This document shows, in pieces, positions 27,069-36,155 of a stretch of DNA of 59,913 nucleotides; positions within the stretch are counted from its first letter, which is position 1; each line of letters begins with the position of its first letter. The translations under genes and the position numbers were made by a program. This stretch comes from Gammaproteobacteria bacterium (GTDB lineage: Bacteria; Pseudomonadota; Gammaproteobacteria; Francisellales; CACEW01): the NCBI GenBank assembly GCA_965662575.1, contig CBFIHN010000003.1, positions 1-59,913 of the forward strand, read 5' to 3'. Under the pieces are notes generated by a model. The model was not told the DNA's origin, made no database searches, and saw only the letters and a program-made list of their open reading frames with translations.

Positions 27069-27284
27069 TTACTTGCAACCACTTTTGCAAGAACAAAGCA
27101 TATAGATACCATAAAGGCCAGCCAAACCAACCACGATATAAACAACGCGTTCAACAATTGCGACTTTATGGAACAAAAAAGTCACTAAATTAAAATCAAA
27201 AAGACCAACCAAACCCCAATTCAGTGAGCCTACAATCATCAAGATCATTACAATCGCGCCGAGAACAGAACATTTTCCTGTCAT
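27069..27284 (-). CDS. DUF378-family small membrane protein
   Basis: 71 aa with two TM helices. GSLNWGLVGLFDFNLV and VYIVVGLAGLYGIY match the DUF378 signature. Confidence 0.75.
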   Translation of the reverse strand: MTGKCSVLGAIVMILMIVGSLNWGLVGLFDFNLVTFLFHKVAIVERVVYIVVGLAGLYGIYMLCSCKSGCK

Positions 27285-27658
27285 TAAATTCTCCTTTTAA
27301 AAGTTTGTTTAATGCACTGTCAGCTAAAAAAAGCAAAACAGCTGGGCTAATTGTACTGAAACTTTTTATTTGTTCAATATCGTCATTACCACTCTATATC
27401 TTTCGCACTTTGTCCGGAAACGCTTTGCAACAGCCTCTTAATCGACGTAGACACCAATTTACTTGGCCTAGGCGAAATTTTATCTCTGGAAGGATCTTCG
27501 CCACCGCGAAACTCCTGATAAAAAGGGCTTTTGTATGATAAATAGCCGGGATTCAATTTGATGATATTTTGGTACTTGATCTGGTGATGCTAAGGGCCCT
27601 CTCATGTTAAAATGCGGTTTACAGTGGTTATAGCCATATCAGCCTAAGGAAAATGCAT

Positions 27659-29866
27659 ATGGTACAAGTAAGCAATCAAATCCCATTAGATGATGATGGT
27701 CAAGTAGATGCCAACTTATTTTTGCCGGTATTATCACGACGTTTTCCAAGTAATGCATTTGAAAAAATTAAGGCTTGCTTTGATTTAGCACAACAACACG
27801 GCCACGACATTCAATCCGCTTTTTTTGAGGATGCTGCACAGTTTGGTGTTGAAATGGCCGCCATACTATATGAACTCAATACCGACTACCAAACAATTGC
27901 CGCAGCGATGTTATTTGGATTATACAGCGAAAAAGCGGTTGATCACCCCAAGTTAAAAACGCTATTTGGCAGCGAAATTGCGCATATTGTGCGTGATGCA
28001 GAGGCCATGCACGTTGGTGAAAATCTAAAACGGCAAAAGACCGCAGAAGCTGAACAGGCTCAGATTGATCGTTTACGTCGCATGCTATTGGCCATGATTA
28101 ATGATGTCCGTGTTGTGCTAGTTAAATTAGCTGAACGTTTATGTGTCATGCGCCATCGCAAATATTTATCGCCTAAACGTCGGCAAATGGTCGCTCATGA
28201 GGTCATGAGTATTTATGCCCCATTGGCTAATCGCTTGGGCATAGGTCAGATCAAATGGGAAATGGAAGACCTAACATTCCAAGTGCTTCAACCCAAGGCA
28301 TATAAAGCGATTACTCACAGCCTCAATGAGCGCCGTCTTGACCGCGAAAAATATATGGCTGATATGATGTCAGCACTGCAGAGAATGCTTGATGAGCTTG
28401 GTATCCGTGCTGACATCAGTGGTCGAGTTAAGCATATCTATAGTATCTGGCGCAAAATGACACGGAAGCAACAGCGCTTTGATCAACTGTATGATATCCG
28501 TGCCATGCGGGTATTAGTGCCTAATATAGCCGATTGCTATCAGATCTTAAGCTCGATTACCAACACCTGGCATACCGTACCGGAGGAATTTGATGACTAC
28601 ATCGCCACACCAAAAGCCAATGGCTATCGGTCGATTCATGCAGTGATTCTCGGGCCGCAAGATAAACCCATTGAAATTCAAATCCGTACCTTTGCCATGC
28701 ATGAAGAATCTGAAATGGGTGTCGCTGCACACTGGCGATATAAAGAAGGTTCAGCACGTGATGCCAGTTTTGAAAACCGCATTAATTGGTTGCGTAACTT
28801 GCTTGAATGGCAAAAAGAGTTGGCTGGTGATGATGAACGCATTGAATCTTTGCGTAGTAAGGTCATGGATGATCGCGTCTATGTCTTTACTCCGCAAGGT
28901 GCCGTGATTGATTTACCCAAAGGCTCAACACCCATTGATTTCGCTTATCATGTCCACACAGAAGTGGGACATCGTTGCCGTGGTGCAAAGATCAACGACA
29001 AAATGGTGCCGCTCATTACGCAAGTGGAAACCGGCGATCGTGTTGAAATTATCACTGGCAAGGAAAGCAAACCCAGTCGTGATTGGCTGCAGGCAGAGCC
29101 CTGTTACATCTACAGTGCACGTGCACGCAGCAAGTTGCAGCATTGGTTCCGTCAACTCAATAAAGCAGAAAAAACAGCCAATGGTAAAGCAATCTTAATC
29201 AAAGCGTTTACCAAAGCTGAGCTAAAGCAAGTTGACTTTGAACAGCTGGCGAAACATTTTAATGTGCACGACGCTGATGATTTATACGCAGCCATTGCGA
29301 CCGGTGATGTACGATTACAACAGGCAGCCACACAAGCTCGTGAGTTATTTTGCCATGGCACACTCGAAGTAAAAACGGTTGATGAGCCACAGATAGCGAT
29401 TAGGAAAAAACCCCAGAAAAAACACAGTGACGTGGTGATTCATGGTGTCGATAACTTACTGTCACATTCGGCTGGCTGCTGTAAACCCGTGATTGGTGAT
29501 GCTGTGGTTGGCTATATTACCCAAGGTCGTGGCATTAGCGTACATCGCCAGGATTGTGTCAACATGCAAAATCTATCCACGGCATGCCAGGCGCGTTTAG
29601 TCCCCGTGGAATGGTCAGGCAGTGCGCAATCTAATGCAGTCGATATCAAAGTCAAAGTGCACGACCAAGTAGGCGTGTTAAAAGATGTTACCACCTTATT
29701 AGCTAATGAAAAAGTGGCGGTTTTAGGACTACAAACACATATTAATAAACGTGATGGCGGTGGCGTATTTGACTTAACACTCGAAGTGAATAATCTTGAT
29801 CAAGTGGCAAGATTAAAGGACCTTATTGCACAACTGCCAACGGTTGAAGCGGTGTGGCGAGCCTAG
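27659..29866 (+). CDS. relA: GTP pyrophosphokinase RelA ((p)ppGpp synthetase I)
   Basis: Synthetase core (YDIRAMRVLV, GYRSIH), then TGS and ACT domains. The hydrolase HD motif is not conserved (AAMLFGLYSE), so this is RelA rather than SpoT. ATG 27659 is better spaced from AAGGA than ATG 27653. Confidence 0.92.
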   Translation: MVQVSNQIPLDDDGQVDANLFLPVLSRRFPSNAFEKIKACFDLAQQHGHDIQSAFFEDAAQFGVEMAAILYELNTDYQTIAAAMLFGLYSEKAVDHPKLKTLFGSEIAHIVRDAEAMHVGENLKRQKTAEAEQAQIDRLRRMLLAMINDVRVVLVKLAERLCVMRHRKYLSPKRRQMVAHEVMSIYAPLANRLGIGQIKWEMEDLTFQVLQPKAYKAITHSLNERRLDREKYMADMMSALQRMLDELGIRADISGRVKHIYSIWRKMTRKQQRFDQLYDIRAMRVLVPNIADCYQILSSITNTWHTVPEEFDDYIATPKANGYRSIHAVILGPQDKPIEIQIRTFAMHEESEMGVAAHWRYKEGSARDASFENRINWLRNLLEWQKELAGDDERIESLRSKVMDDRVYVFTPQGAVIDLPKGSTPIDFAYHVHTEVGHRCRGAKINDKMVPLITQVETGDRVEIITGKESKPSRDWLQAEPCYIYSARARSKLQHWFRQLNKAEKTANGKAILIKAFTKAELKQVDFEQLAKHFNVHDADDLYAAIATGDVRLQQAATQARELFCHGTLEVKTVDEPQIAIRKKPQKKHSDVVIHGVDNLLSHSAGCCKPVIGDAVVGYITQGRGISVHRQDCVNMQNLSTACQARLVPVEWSGSAQSNAVDIKVKVHDQVGVLKDVTTLLANEKVAVLGLQTHINKRDGGGVFDLTLEVNNLDQVARLKDLIAQLPTVEAVWRA

Positions 29867-29921
29867 GAAGTTTATTGGGATCAAGTCTTTCTCACTTTGG
29901 GTTTCTGGCACAATCAATTCA

Positions 29922-29994
29922 GGGACTGTTGCAAACCAATTTCTAACGGCACTAGCGTCGTTGAAAAAAATGAAAAACTGCTCATTTATTAGGT
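29922..29994 (-). repeat. Half copy of the palindromic MITE/REP-like element (3-prime arm), inverted orientation
   Basis: GGGACTGTTGCAAACCAATTTCTAACGGCACTAGCGTCGTTGAAAAAAATGAAAAACTGCTCATTTATTAGGT is the reverse complement of the 3-prime half of copies 1-3. It lies between the relA and recG stop codons. Confidence 0.85.
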
Positions 29995-29999
29995 GCAAT

Positions 30000-32069
30000 C
30001 TAAACTCGACGGTATGCGGCAACATCACCGAACCAACGTTGCATTAGTGGTTGGACTAAATCTGGTTGATTCTGAATAATGTGCGCTGCTACTTGCTGTA
30101 CTTGTGGTAGCAATGCCTGATCACGCAATACATCGGCAATACGAAAGCCCAAGGCCCCAGTCTGCCGCGTCCCTAACAATTCCCCCGGCCCACGTAATTT
30201 CAGATCTTCCTCAGCCAAAGCAAAACCATCATTAGATTGACGAATAATATGCAATCGTGCTTGCGCATTTTTTGATAGTGGACTTTGGTACATCAATACG
30301 CAATAACTGACCGTACTGCCTCGACCGACACGGCCGCGCAACTGGTGGATCTGTGATAAACCCAAACGCTCTGGATTTTCAATAATCATCAAACTCGCAT
30401 TGGGCACATTGACCCCAACCTCAATAACCGTTGTCGCCACCAAGACATCTAACTGATGCTGTTTAAAATCATCCATCACTTGTGCTTTCTCTGCCGGTTT
30501 CATTCGCCCATGCACCAAGCCGACACGTAGTGGTTTTAATTCCTCGAGCAGATATCGCGCGGTTTCTTCTGCTGCCTGGCAGGTCAATACCTCTGATTCC
30601 TCAATCAGGGTACACACCCAATAAGCCTGACGACCATGAGCGCAGGCTTGGCGCACACGATCAATCACGTCAGCACGGCGAGTATCTGGCAATACCGCCG
30701 TCTTCACCGGTGTGCGTCCTGGTGGCAATTGATCGATAATCGAAATATCTAAATCAGCATAGGCAGTCATTGCTAACGTGCGAGGAATTGGTGTTGCTGT
30801 CATGACCAACTGATGCGTTTGTTCCCCACTCGCTAGACCTTTCTGCTGTAAGGCACGACGCTGCTCAACGCCAAAACGATGCTGCTCATCGATAATGACT
30901 AATGCTAACTTTTTGAATAGCACGCCATCTTGGAATAACGCTTGCGTACCAATGGCAATTTGTCCATGACCATCGGCTAATGCCGCCAGCGTTTGTTTTT
31001 TATCACGCCCTTTCATTTTGCTGGCAAGCCAAACGACTTTAACGCCAAGTGGCTCAAGTGTTGCACAAAAATGTTGATAGTGTTGCTCAGCTAAAATCTC
31101 CGTTGGTGCCATAACCGCCGCTTGCATATGGTTGCTCACAGCTTGCAAAGCCGCTAATTGTGCCACTAAGGTTTTGCCAGAACCTACATCACCTTGTAAC
31201 AAGCGCAACATGGCTTTACCTGAATTTAAATCGGTTGAAATCTCCTGCACAACGCGCTGTTGAGCGCCAGTTAACCTAAAGGGCAATTGTTTTAATAACC
31301 TTGGCGTCAATTGTTGATCAGCGGCCAGTCTTGGTGCTTGCTTGATCATCTCTTGACTACGTATCATTCGTAGACTTAAACGATGGGCCAATAATTCTTC
31401 AAATGCCAACCGCTGTTGAGCCGGGTGCCGTCCAGCCTGTAACTGCTCGATATTCACACCGGGTGCCGGCCGATGAATAATTTGCAATGCAGCGTTAAGG
31501 CTCATCAGATCTTTCGCCAAAGCCGACGGCAGCAACTCCGGTAAAGACTGCTCATCACAACAAGACAGCACTTGCTCAATGATTTTATAGAGCCGATTTT
31601 GGCTTAAGCCTTCGGTGGTTGGGTACAAGGGACGCAATGATTTCTCGAGCGGCGGCTCATGACCTGATTCAAAAACACGGTACTCTGGATGCACCATTTC
31701 CCGATGATCTTGTGAAAAACGCACCTCACCAAAAGCACGCAAGATCTTACCGACTTCCATTTGCTGATGTTGACGATAATTAAAATGGAATAAACGAATC
31801 GTTAAAAACTGTGAACCTTGAGCAATCGTACACAATAACGATTGCCGACGCCCGCGCTGGATGTCAACATCAATAATCTCACCCTGGACGAGAGCACGTT
31901 GGCCAAAACGCAAGTGCGACAAAGGTCTTAATTGCGTACGATCATCATAGGCTCGTGGCAGATGAAACAACAAATCACGCGGACACTGTATCGCCAACCT
32001 TTGCAGCTGTTCTGCCAATTTGGGGCCAATGCCATCAAGGTCGGTGAGTTTACCGTGACTAAGCTGCAA
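30000..32069 (-). CDS. recG: ATP-dependent DNA helicase RecG
   Basis: 689 aa. Wedge/OB N-terminus, Walker A GDVGSGKT, DEQHRFG box and QLRGRVGRG motif VI. Confidence 0.95.
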   Translation of the reverse strand: MQLSHGKLTDLDGIGPKLAEQLQRLAIQCPRDLLFHLPRAYDDRTQLRPLSHLRFGQRALVQGEIIDVDIQRGRRQSLLCTIAQGSQFLTIRLFHFNYRQHQQMEVGKILRAFGEVRFSQDHREMVHPEYRVFESGHEPPLEKSLRPLYPTTEGLSQNRLYKIIEQVLSCCDEQSLPELLPSALAKDLMSLNAALQIIHRPAPGVNIEQLQAGRHPAQQRLAFEELLAHRLSLRMIRSQEMIKQAPRLAADQQLTPRLLKQLPFRLTGAQQRVVQEISTDLNSGKAMLRLLQGDVGSGKTLVAQLAALQAVSNHMQAAVMAPTEILAEQHYQHFCATLEPLGVKVVWLASKMKGRDKKQTLAALADGHGQIAIGTQALFQDGVLFKKLALVIIDEQHRFGVEQRRALQQKGLASGEQTHQLVMTATPIPRTLAMTAYADLDISIIDQLPPGRTPVKTAVLPDTRRADVIDRVRQACAHGRQAYWVCTLIEESEVLTCQAAEETARYLLEELKPLRVGLVHGRMKPAEKAQVMDDFKQHQLDVLVATTVIEVGVNVPNASLMIIENPERLGLSQIHQLRGRVGRGSTVSYCVLMYQSPLSKNAQARLHIIRQSNDGFALAEEDLKLRGPGELLGTRQTGALGFRIADVLRDQALLPQVQQVAAHIIQNQPDLVQPLMQRWFGDVAAYRRV

Positions 32070-32150
32070 ATTTTACACCATGTGATAACAAGTGAGACTC
32101 AGATCAACAGGCAATAAAAAACCCGTCAGTAATTTTTTTCTTTGCATATC

Positions 32151-32960
32151 TTATTCCCCACAATGGTTTCCTTCATATCCCTTTATTGCTTCCGGGCTTA
32201 TCCTCGGCCTTAGCCCAGTCCATTGATAAAAACTTTCAGCAGCTTGTGCAACTAACATACCATAGCCATGAGCATATGGTATATCTTTGATCCAGGGTAA
32301 TTCTTGTTCGAGTTTGGTGTAATAGCGTAGATCATAGTAAAACGCCCACTGTGAATTCGTGGCAAACGCCGCCCGTGCAGCGGCATACTGTGAGGTTGCA
32401 TCAACAACTAAATCAAAGTATCTATTGGGGATATCTTGGTAATTAGAATACGTCACTGCGACTTGATCTCCCAACTGTTTAGCCAAAGAATGTGCCCGAT
32501 CAATATGACGATTGGCAATATGCAATGATCCAATAGCCTGTGTTGTTAATGCTTGAGCCACACCATGTGCTGCGCCCCCGGCACCCAACAACAAAATGTG
32601 TCGATCCGATAATTTAATTCGCTGATGATCCGTTAAATCTCGAAGGAAACCAATACCGTCAGTATTATCACCTAAGACTTTACCGCTTTCAAAAATAAGC
32701 GTATTCACGGCATGCGCCGCTTGTGCGCGTTCGCTTAATTGATCGACAAGCCCACAAGCTAACTGTTTAAATGGTAAGGTAATATTACACCCACGATACC
32801 CTGTTGCGACTAAGTGCTGAATAAGCTTTGTCAAATCCTGTTCTGTCGTCAATATTTTTTGGTAATCAATGACCACAGGGTATTGTTTTGCAAATTGCTG
32901 ATGAATACCAGGCGATAAGCTATGAGCAATAGGGTTCCCAATAACCGCAAGTTTAATCAT
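32151..32960 (-). CDS. aroE: Shikimate dehydrogenase
   Basis: 269 aa. VIGNPIAHSLSPGIHQ, NITLPFK and GAGGAAHG motifs. Confidence 0.9.
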   Translation of the reverse strand: MIKLAVIGNPIAHSLSPGIHQQFAKQYPVVIDYQKILTTEQDLTKLIQHLVATGYRGCNITLPFKQLACGLVDQLSERAQAAHAVNTLIFESGKVLGDNTDGIGFLRDLTDHQRIKLSDRHILLLGAGGAAHGVAQALTTQAIGSLHIANRHIDRAHSLAKQLGDQVAVTYSNYQDIPNRYFDLVVDATSQYAAARAAFATNSQWAFYYDLRYYTKLEQELPWIKDIPYAHGYGMLVAQAAESFYQWTGLRPRISPEAIKGYEGNHCGE

Positions 32961-33106
32961 ATTCAGTCATGATAGGATTTATCATCTAGATCTTATCCTA
33001 AAATCACATATCAGCCTATTTTACGGTGCTTAATCGGACTGTTGCCAACTAATTTCTGGCGCCACTAAGCCTTGTTGAAAAAATGAAAACCGCTTATATA
33101 TTAGAA

Positions 33107-35935
33107 TTATGCCAATCCAGGGAAGGTCCGCGCAATAGCACTTGAGGCGCTAGAAACCGTGTTATTTAACGTTCCGACCTCACCGGGGTTTGCAATGGCA
33201 GCATGTAAACCACGAATAATTTTTAAATCGGCAAGCACACCTGACTGAAATGATTGCCCTTTTCCTCCACCATAACTGATTAAGGTTTTGGTCGCACTAT
33301 CTAAGTCAATCTGACCTGCCTTCAAATCTGTTAGCATTGGCATGGGATTTTTCACTTTCAAAATACTATTCATCATAAGCCGACCGTAAACTTTTTTGTC
33401 AATATCTTCAGTTGAACCACTCCTGAGCGTCCTAAGCATATCCGAAGCCTCACTATCACTAAAACCATAGTGCTCAGCAAAATAACTGCCAGCATCAAGG
33501 TTTAATCCCTCCTCACTTGGACTGAATATGAATGATGCCAATTTTAATTTAAAGTATATTGTATAAAAGCGTTTGGCGATTTTTATTGCGTTTATTGGCG
33601 ATATTAATTTTCGTGCAGCCCATAACACCTTTAACTCAGAGCTTTCCCAAACCGAATACGCCTGTGACAAACCAAGCATTGCAACACTCATACCCGCACT
33701 GATGATATTGGATACAAGAAGAGACTTTGCCCAATTAGCATGGTGCTTAATCAGATCATCTGCCCCTTGATCAGCGATGTCAGACAGATCAGCTGACGTG
33801 ACGGCTGCACCGATATTAGCCAATGAAACAGTTGTTGCCTCTGCCATCGTCGCTGTACCAGCACTGAAGGCAGCAAATGCTTCCGGTGCTAATTCAGGTG
33901 CCATCCCTAAAATGGGGGCTGTTGCCACAACAGCTGTGCCGGTAACAGCACCCACTTCAATGCCTTTGGCTGTACTTTTCTTATGAATTTTATTCGTGAG
34001 ACCACCAGTTATCGATCCCGCAGTTGAGCCTTGACCTAATGGTGATAAAACAGGGCCAAGACCATCAGTCAACGGACTCGCAATATTAGCAATGAAACCA
34101 AGCCCAAATATGGCGGTATTAAGCCCCACATTTTCAAAGAACCCCTTAACACTAAAATGGCCACTGGGATCTTTAAATTTTATTGGGTTAGCCTGAGCAT
34201 AGGCAAAGCTATTCGGCCCAGCCTTCGTGAAGGGACCAAAGGAATCCCTTTTTATAAATATAGCCGCACTGGGATCAAAATGACGATAACCGCCAAATAA
34301 TAGCAACCCTGTCGAACTGTCCTGTTGCTGATCGGTATACGTTGTTTGGTTATCGTTGATATGCAACGCTGATCGTTGCTCACTGGGGTTAGATAAGGTT
34401 TTATTGCGCTGCATAATATTATTTTTCAGGCCATAAGGGCTGTAAGTATATTGAGCAACCATATGTTGCTGATCATTGAAGACCGCCCCCACACCTTGAT
34501 GTGCAGAAAACATATACTGTGTTTGCGGGTTGTTACCACCATGAATAACAGTCGCAGGGCCGATTAAATCGGTTTTTATTGCTGCTTGAGTTTGGTGGAT
34601 CAACTGATCACCGGCATAAAAATAATCAACACTAGGCGCTAGCACATTATTAAGCTTCGAGCTTTGCCAAGCTAGCTTACCATCTGCTGCGTACGCATAC
34701 GTATTGTCAACCTGTTTACCATCACTTATGGCTGAATTTAAGCTAACCAATTGGTTCAAAGGATTGTATGTGTAACGAGTACCATAACGATCCATTTCTA
34801 TATTGTTATTAGCATCATAACGGTAGTTATGAGGGCCACCAACCGTTTTTTCATAATTCAACATATCAGGATTTGTATGACTAATCGACAAAACACGATC
34901 AGGATAACCATGAACCAAATCATAAGTGTAGACTGCATCATCTCCTGCCATTGGTTGACCCATGTGATCAATGAAATCACTATTGATTTGGGCAATACTC
35001 CCATTAGGCGTATAAGAAAATGTCTGTGCTTGGATAAAATGGTTATAACGATCTGTTGGCAATAAACTGACATCACTGTCTTGAGTAGCTTGATAACGAA
35101 TCAATTGATTTAAGCGATTGTAACTGTACTGTGTGGTCAACATTTTTTTCACCTGACCAACAACATGACTGGTTAGCTGCGTTTGTTTCAGGTTACCATT
35201 CACGTCGTAGTCATAATGATAATCTAATTGCGAGCCACCTTTAGATGAAATAATTAAATCACTTACTTGGCCAAATATATTGTACTGCCGTGTTTGCGCA
35301 AGCCCATTCTGATGAACAACCCCTGTTTTTCGCCCATAGACATCGTAGCCCTGTGTTATCATCTCTGCTTGACCCAGATGATTTAAAAAGCTGGATTGTT
35401 TAACACCCAAAGCATGATATTGAATGACTTTGTTTTGTTTTCCTGCTTGGTCTCGCCAATTGAGTAAATGCCCTTGATAAGGGTCGTAAAACTGGTGATA
35501 TTGATATCGTGCACCGCGCGCATGTATGATCGTCTCAACAGCCAAACTACCATTGGTCAGATATTGATAGCTGTTCTGATAACCCGCTTGTTCTATTGAA
35601 CGTAACCGGTGTGTCTTGGGGTCAAAACTATTGTTGGTGACTAAGTTATATGGGGAGTTGCTACCATCTGCTAGTAACGTATTAAATTGGATTGGTGATC
35701 CTAGGGCATTCAAATTTTTGATATTGTGATAACCCTGGCGGTCTGTTGACTTTTTTAAAATACCGGCCAAATGGAATCGTTTATTTTCTATTCGATTCGC
35801 ACCATCACCTGACTGCAGAAGGTTACCACTGGCATTTGTCAGTTTGACACCCAGGAGCTGACCTGCCAACACAGGCGGCATCAATATCATTGCAAAAAAT
35901 GAAAAAAAATATAACAAAAAAACATGCCTTTTCAT
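33107..35935 (-). CDS. RHS/YD-repeat protein with Sec signal peptide and an unrecognised C-terminal domain
   Basis: Signal peptide MKRHVFLLYFFSFFAMILMPPVLAG. Multiple YD repeats (YHYDYDVNGNL, YSYNRLNQL, YTYNPLNQL, YAYAADGKL). RHS core end GGYRHFDPSAAIFIKRDSFGPF...NSFAYAQANPIKFKDPSGHF, followed by a 348-aa tail. The ORF track starts at TTG 35953; ATG 35935 is preferred. Confidence 0.85.
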   Translation of the reverse strand: MKRHVFLLYFFSFFAMILMPPVLAGQLLGVKLTNASGNLLQSGDGANRIENKRFHLAGILKKSTDRQGYHNIKNLNALGSPIQFNTLLADGSNSPYNLVTNNSFDPKTHRLRSIEQAGYQNSYQYLTNGSLAVETIIHARGARYQYHQFYDPYQGHLLNWRDQAGKQNKVIQYHALGVKQSSFLNHLGQAEMITQGYDVYGRKTGVVHQNGLAQTRQYNIFGQVSDLIISSKGGSQLDYHYDYDVNGNLKQTQLTSHVVGQVKKMLTTQYSYNRLNQLIRYQATQDSDVSLLPTDRYNHFIQAQTFSYTPNGSIAQINSDFIDHMGQPMAGDDAVYTYDLVHGYPDRVLSISHTNPDMLNYEKTVGGPHNYRYDANNNIEMDRYGTRYTYNPLNQLVSLNSAISDGKQVDNTYAYAADGKLAWQSSKLNNVLAPSVDYFYAGDQLIHQTQAAIKTDLIGPATVIHGGNNPQTQYMFSAHQGVGAVFNDQQHMVAQYTYSPYGLKNNIMQRNKTLSNPSEQRSALHINDNQTTYTDQQQDSSTGLLLFGGYRHFDPSAAIFIKRDSFGPFTKAGPNSFAYAQANPIKFKDPSGHFSVKGFFENVGLNTAIFGLGFIANIASPLTDGLGPVLSPLGQGSTAGSITGGLTNKIHKKSTAKGIEVGAVTGTAVVATAPILGMAPELAPEAFAAFSAGTATMAEATTVSLANIGAAVTSADLSDIADQGADDLIKHHANWAKSLLVSNIISAGMSVAMLGLSQAYSVWESSELKVLWAARKLISPINAIKIAKRFYTIYFKLKLASFIFSPSEEGLNLDAGSYFAEHYGFSDSEASDMLRTLRSGSTEDIDKKVYGRLMMNSILKVKNPMPMLTDLKAGQIDLDSATKTLISYGGGKGQSFQSGVLADLKIIRGLHAAIANPGEVGTLNNTVSSASSAIARTFPGLA

Positions 35936-36041
35936 GCTGTTAATTATAAACAATATTTTTTCATTTTAATAACTTTTTGACATTAAAATATACTTTTTTA
36001 GCAAAAACCATCCTCTGTTAGAGGAATCAGCTCAACAATTT

Positions 36042-36087
36042 GCTTGACAGGGCTTTCACACTTTGCACGAAAGTCCTCCTGTCAAGC
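36042..36087 (+). promoter_or_regulatory. 46-nt inverted repeat/hairpin in the RHS-nadA divergent intergenic region
   Basis: GCTTGACAGG (36042-36051) pairs with CCTGTCAAGC (36078-36087). An inner GCTTTC/GAAAGT extension lengthens the stem. It lies about 70 nt upstream of the nadA ATG. Confidence 0.3.
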
Positions 36088-36155
36088 ATAAAAAACAGTT
36101 GAGTTAAACCAACGACTTCGCTACCATGCCCGGACTTTGATTGCTTAAATTGCCT

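Noticed and set aside
27224-27538. 104-aa + strand ORF, and a ~58-codon minus-strand frame (…YQEFRGGEDPSRDKISPRPSKLV…), in the 368-nt gap upstream of relA. A possible GGA-motif small RNA (Rsm-like) was also considered.
   Set aside because: The + ORF overlaps the DUF378 start and has no ribosome-binding site. The minus frame lacks an ATG or GTG with a ribosome-binding site. The GGA motifs are few and are not placed in obvious hairpin loops. Nothing here is supportable without expression data.
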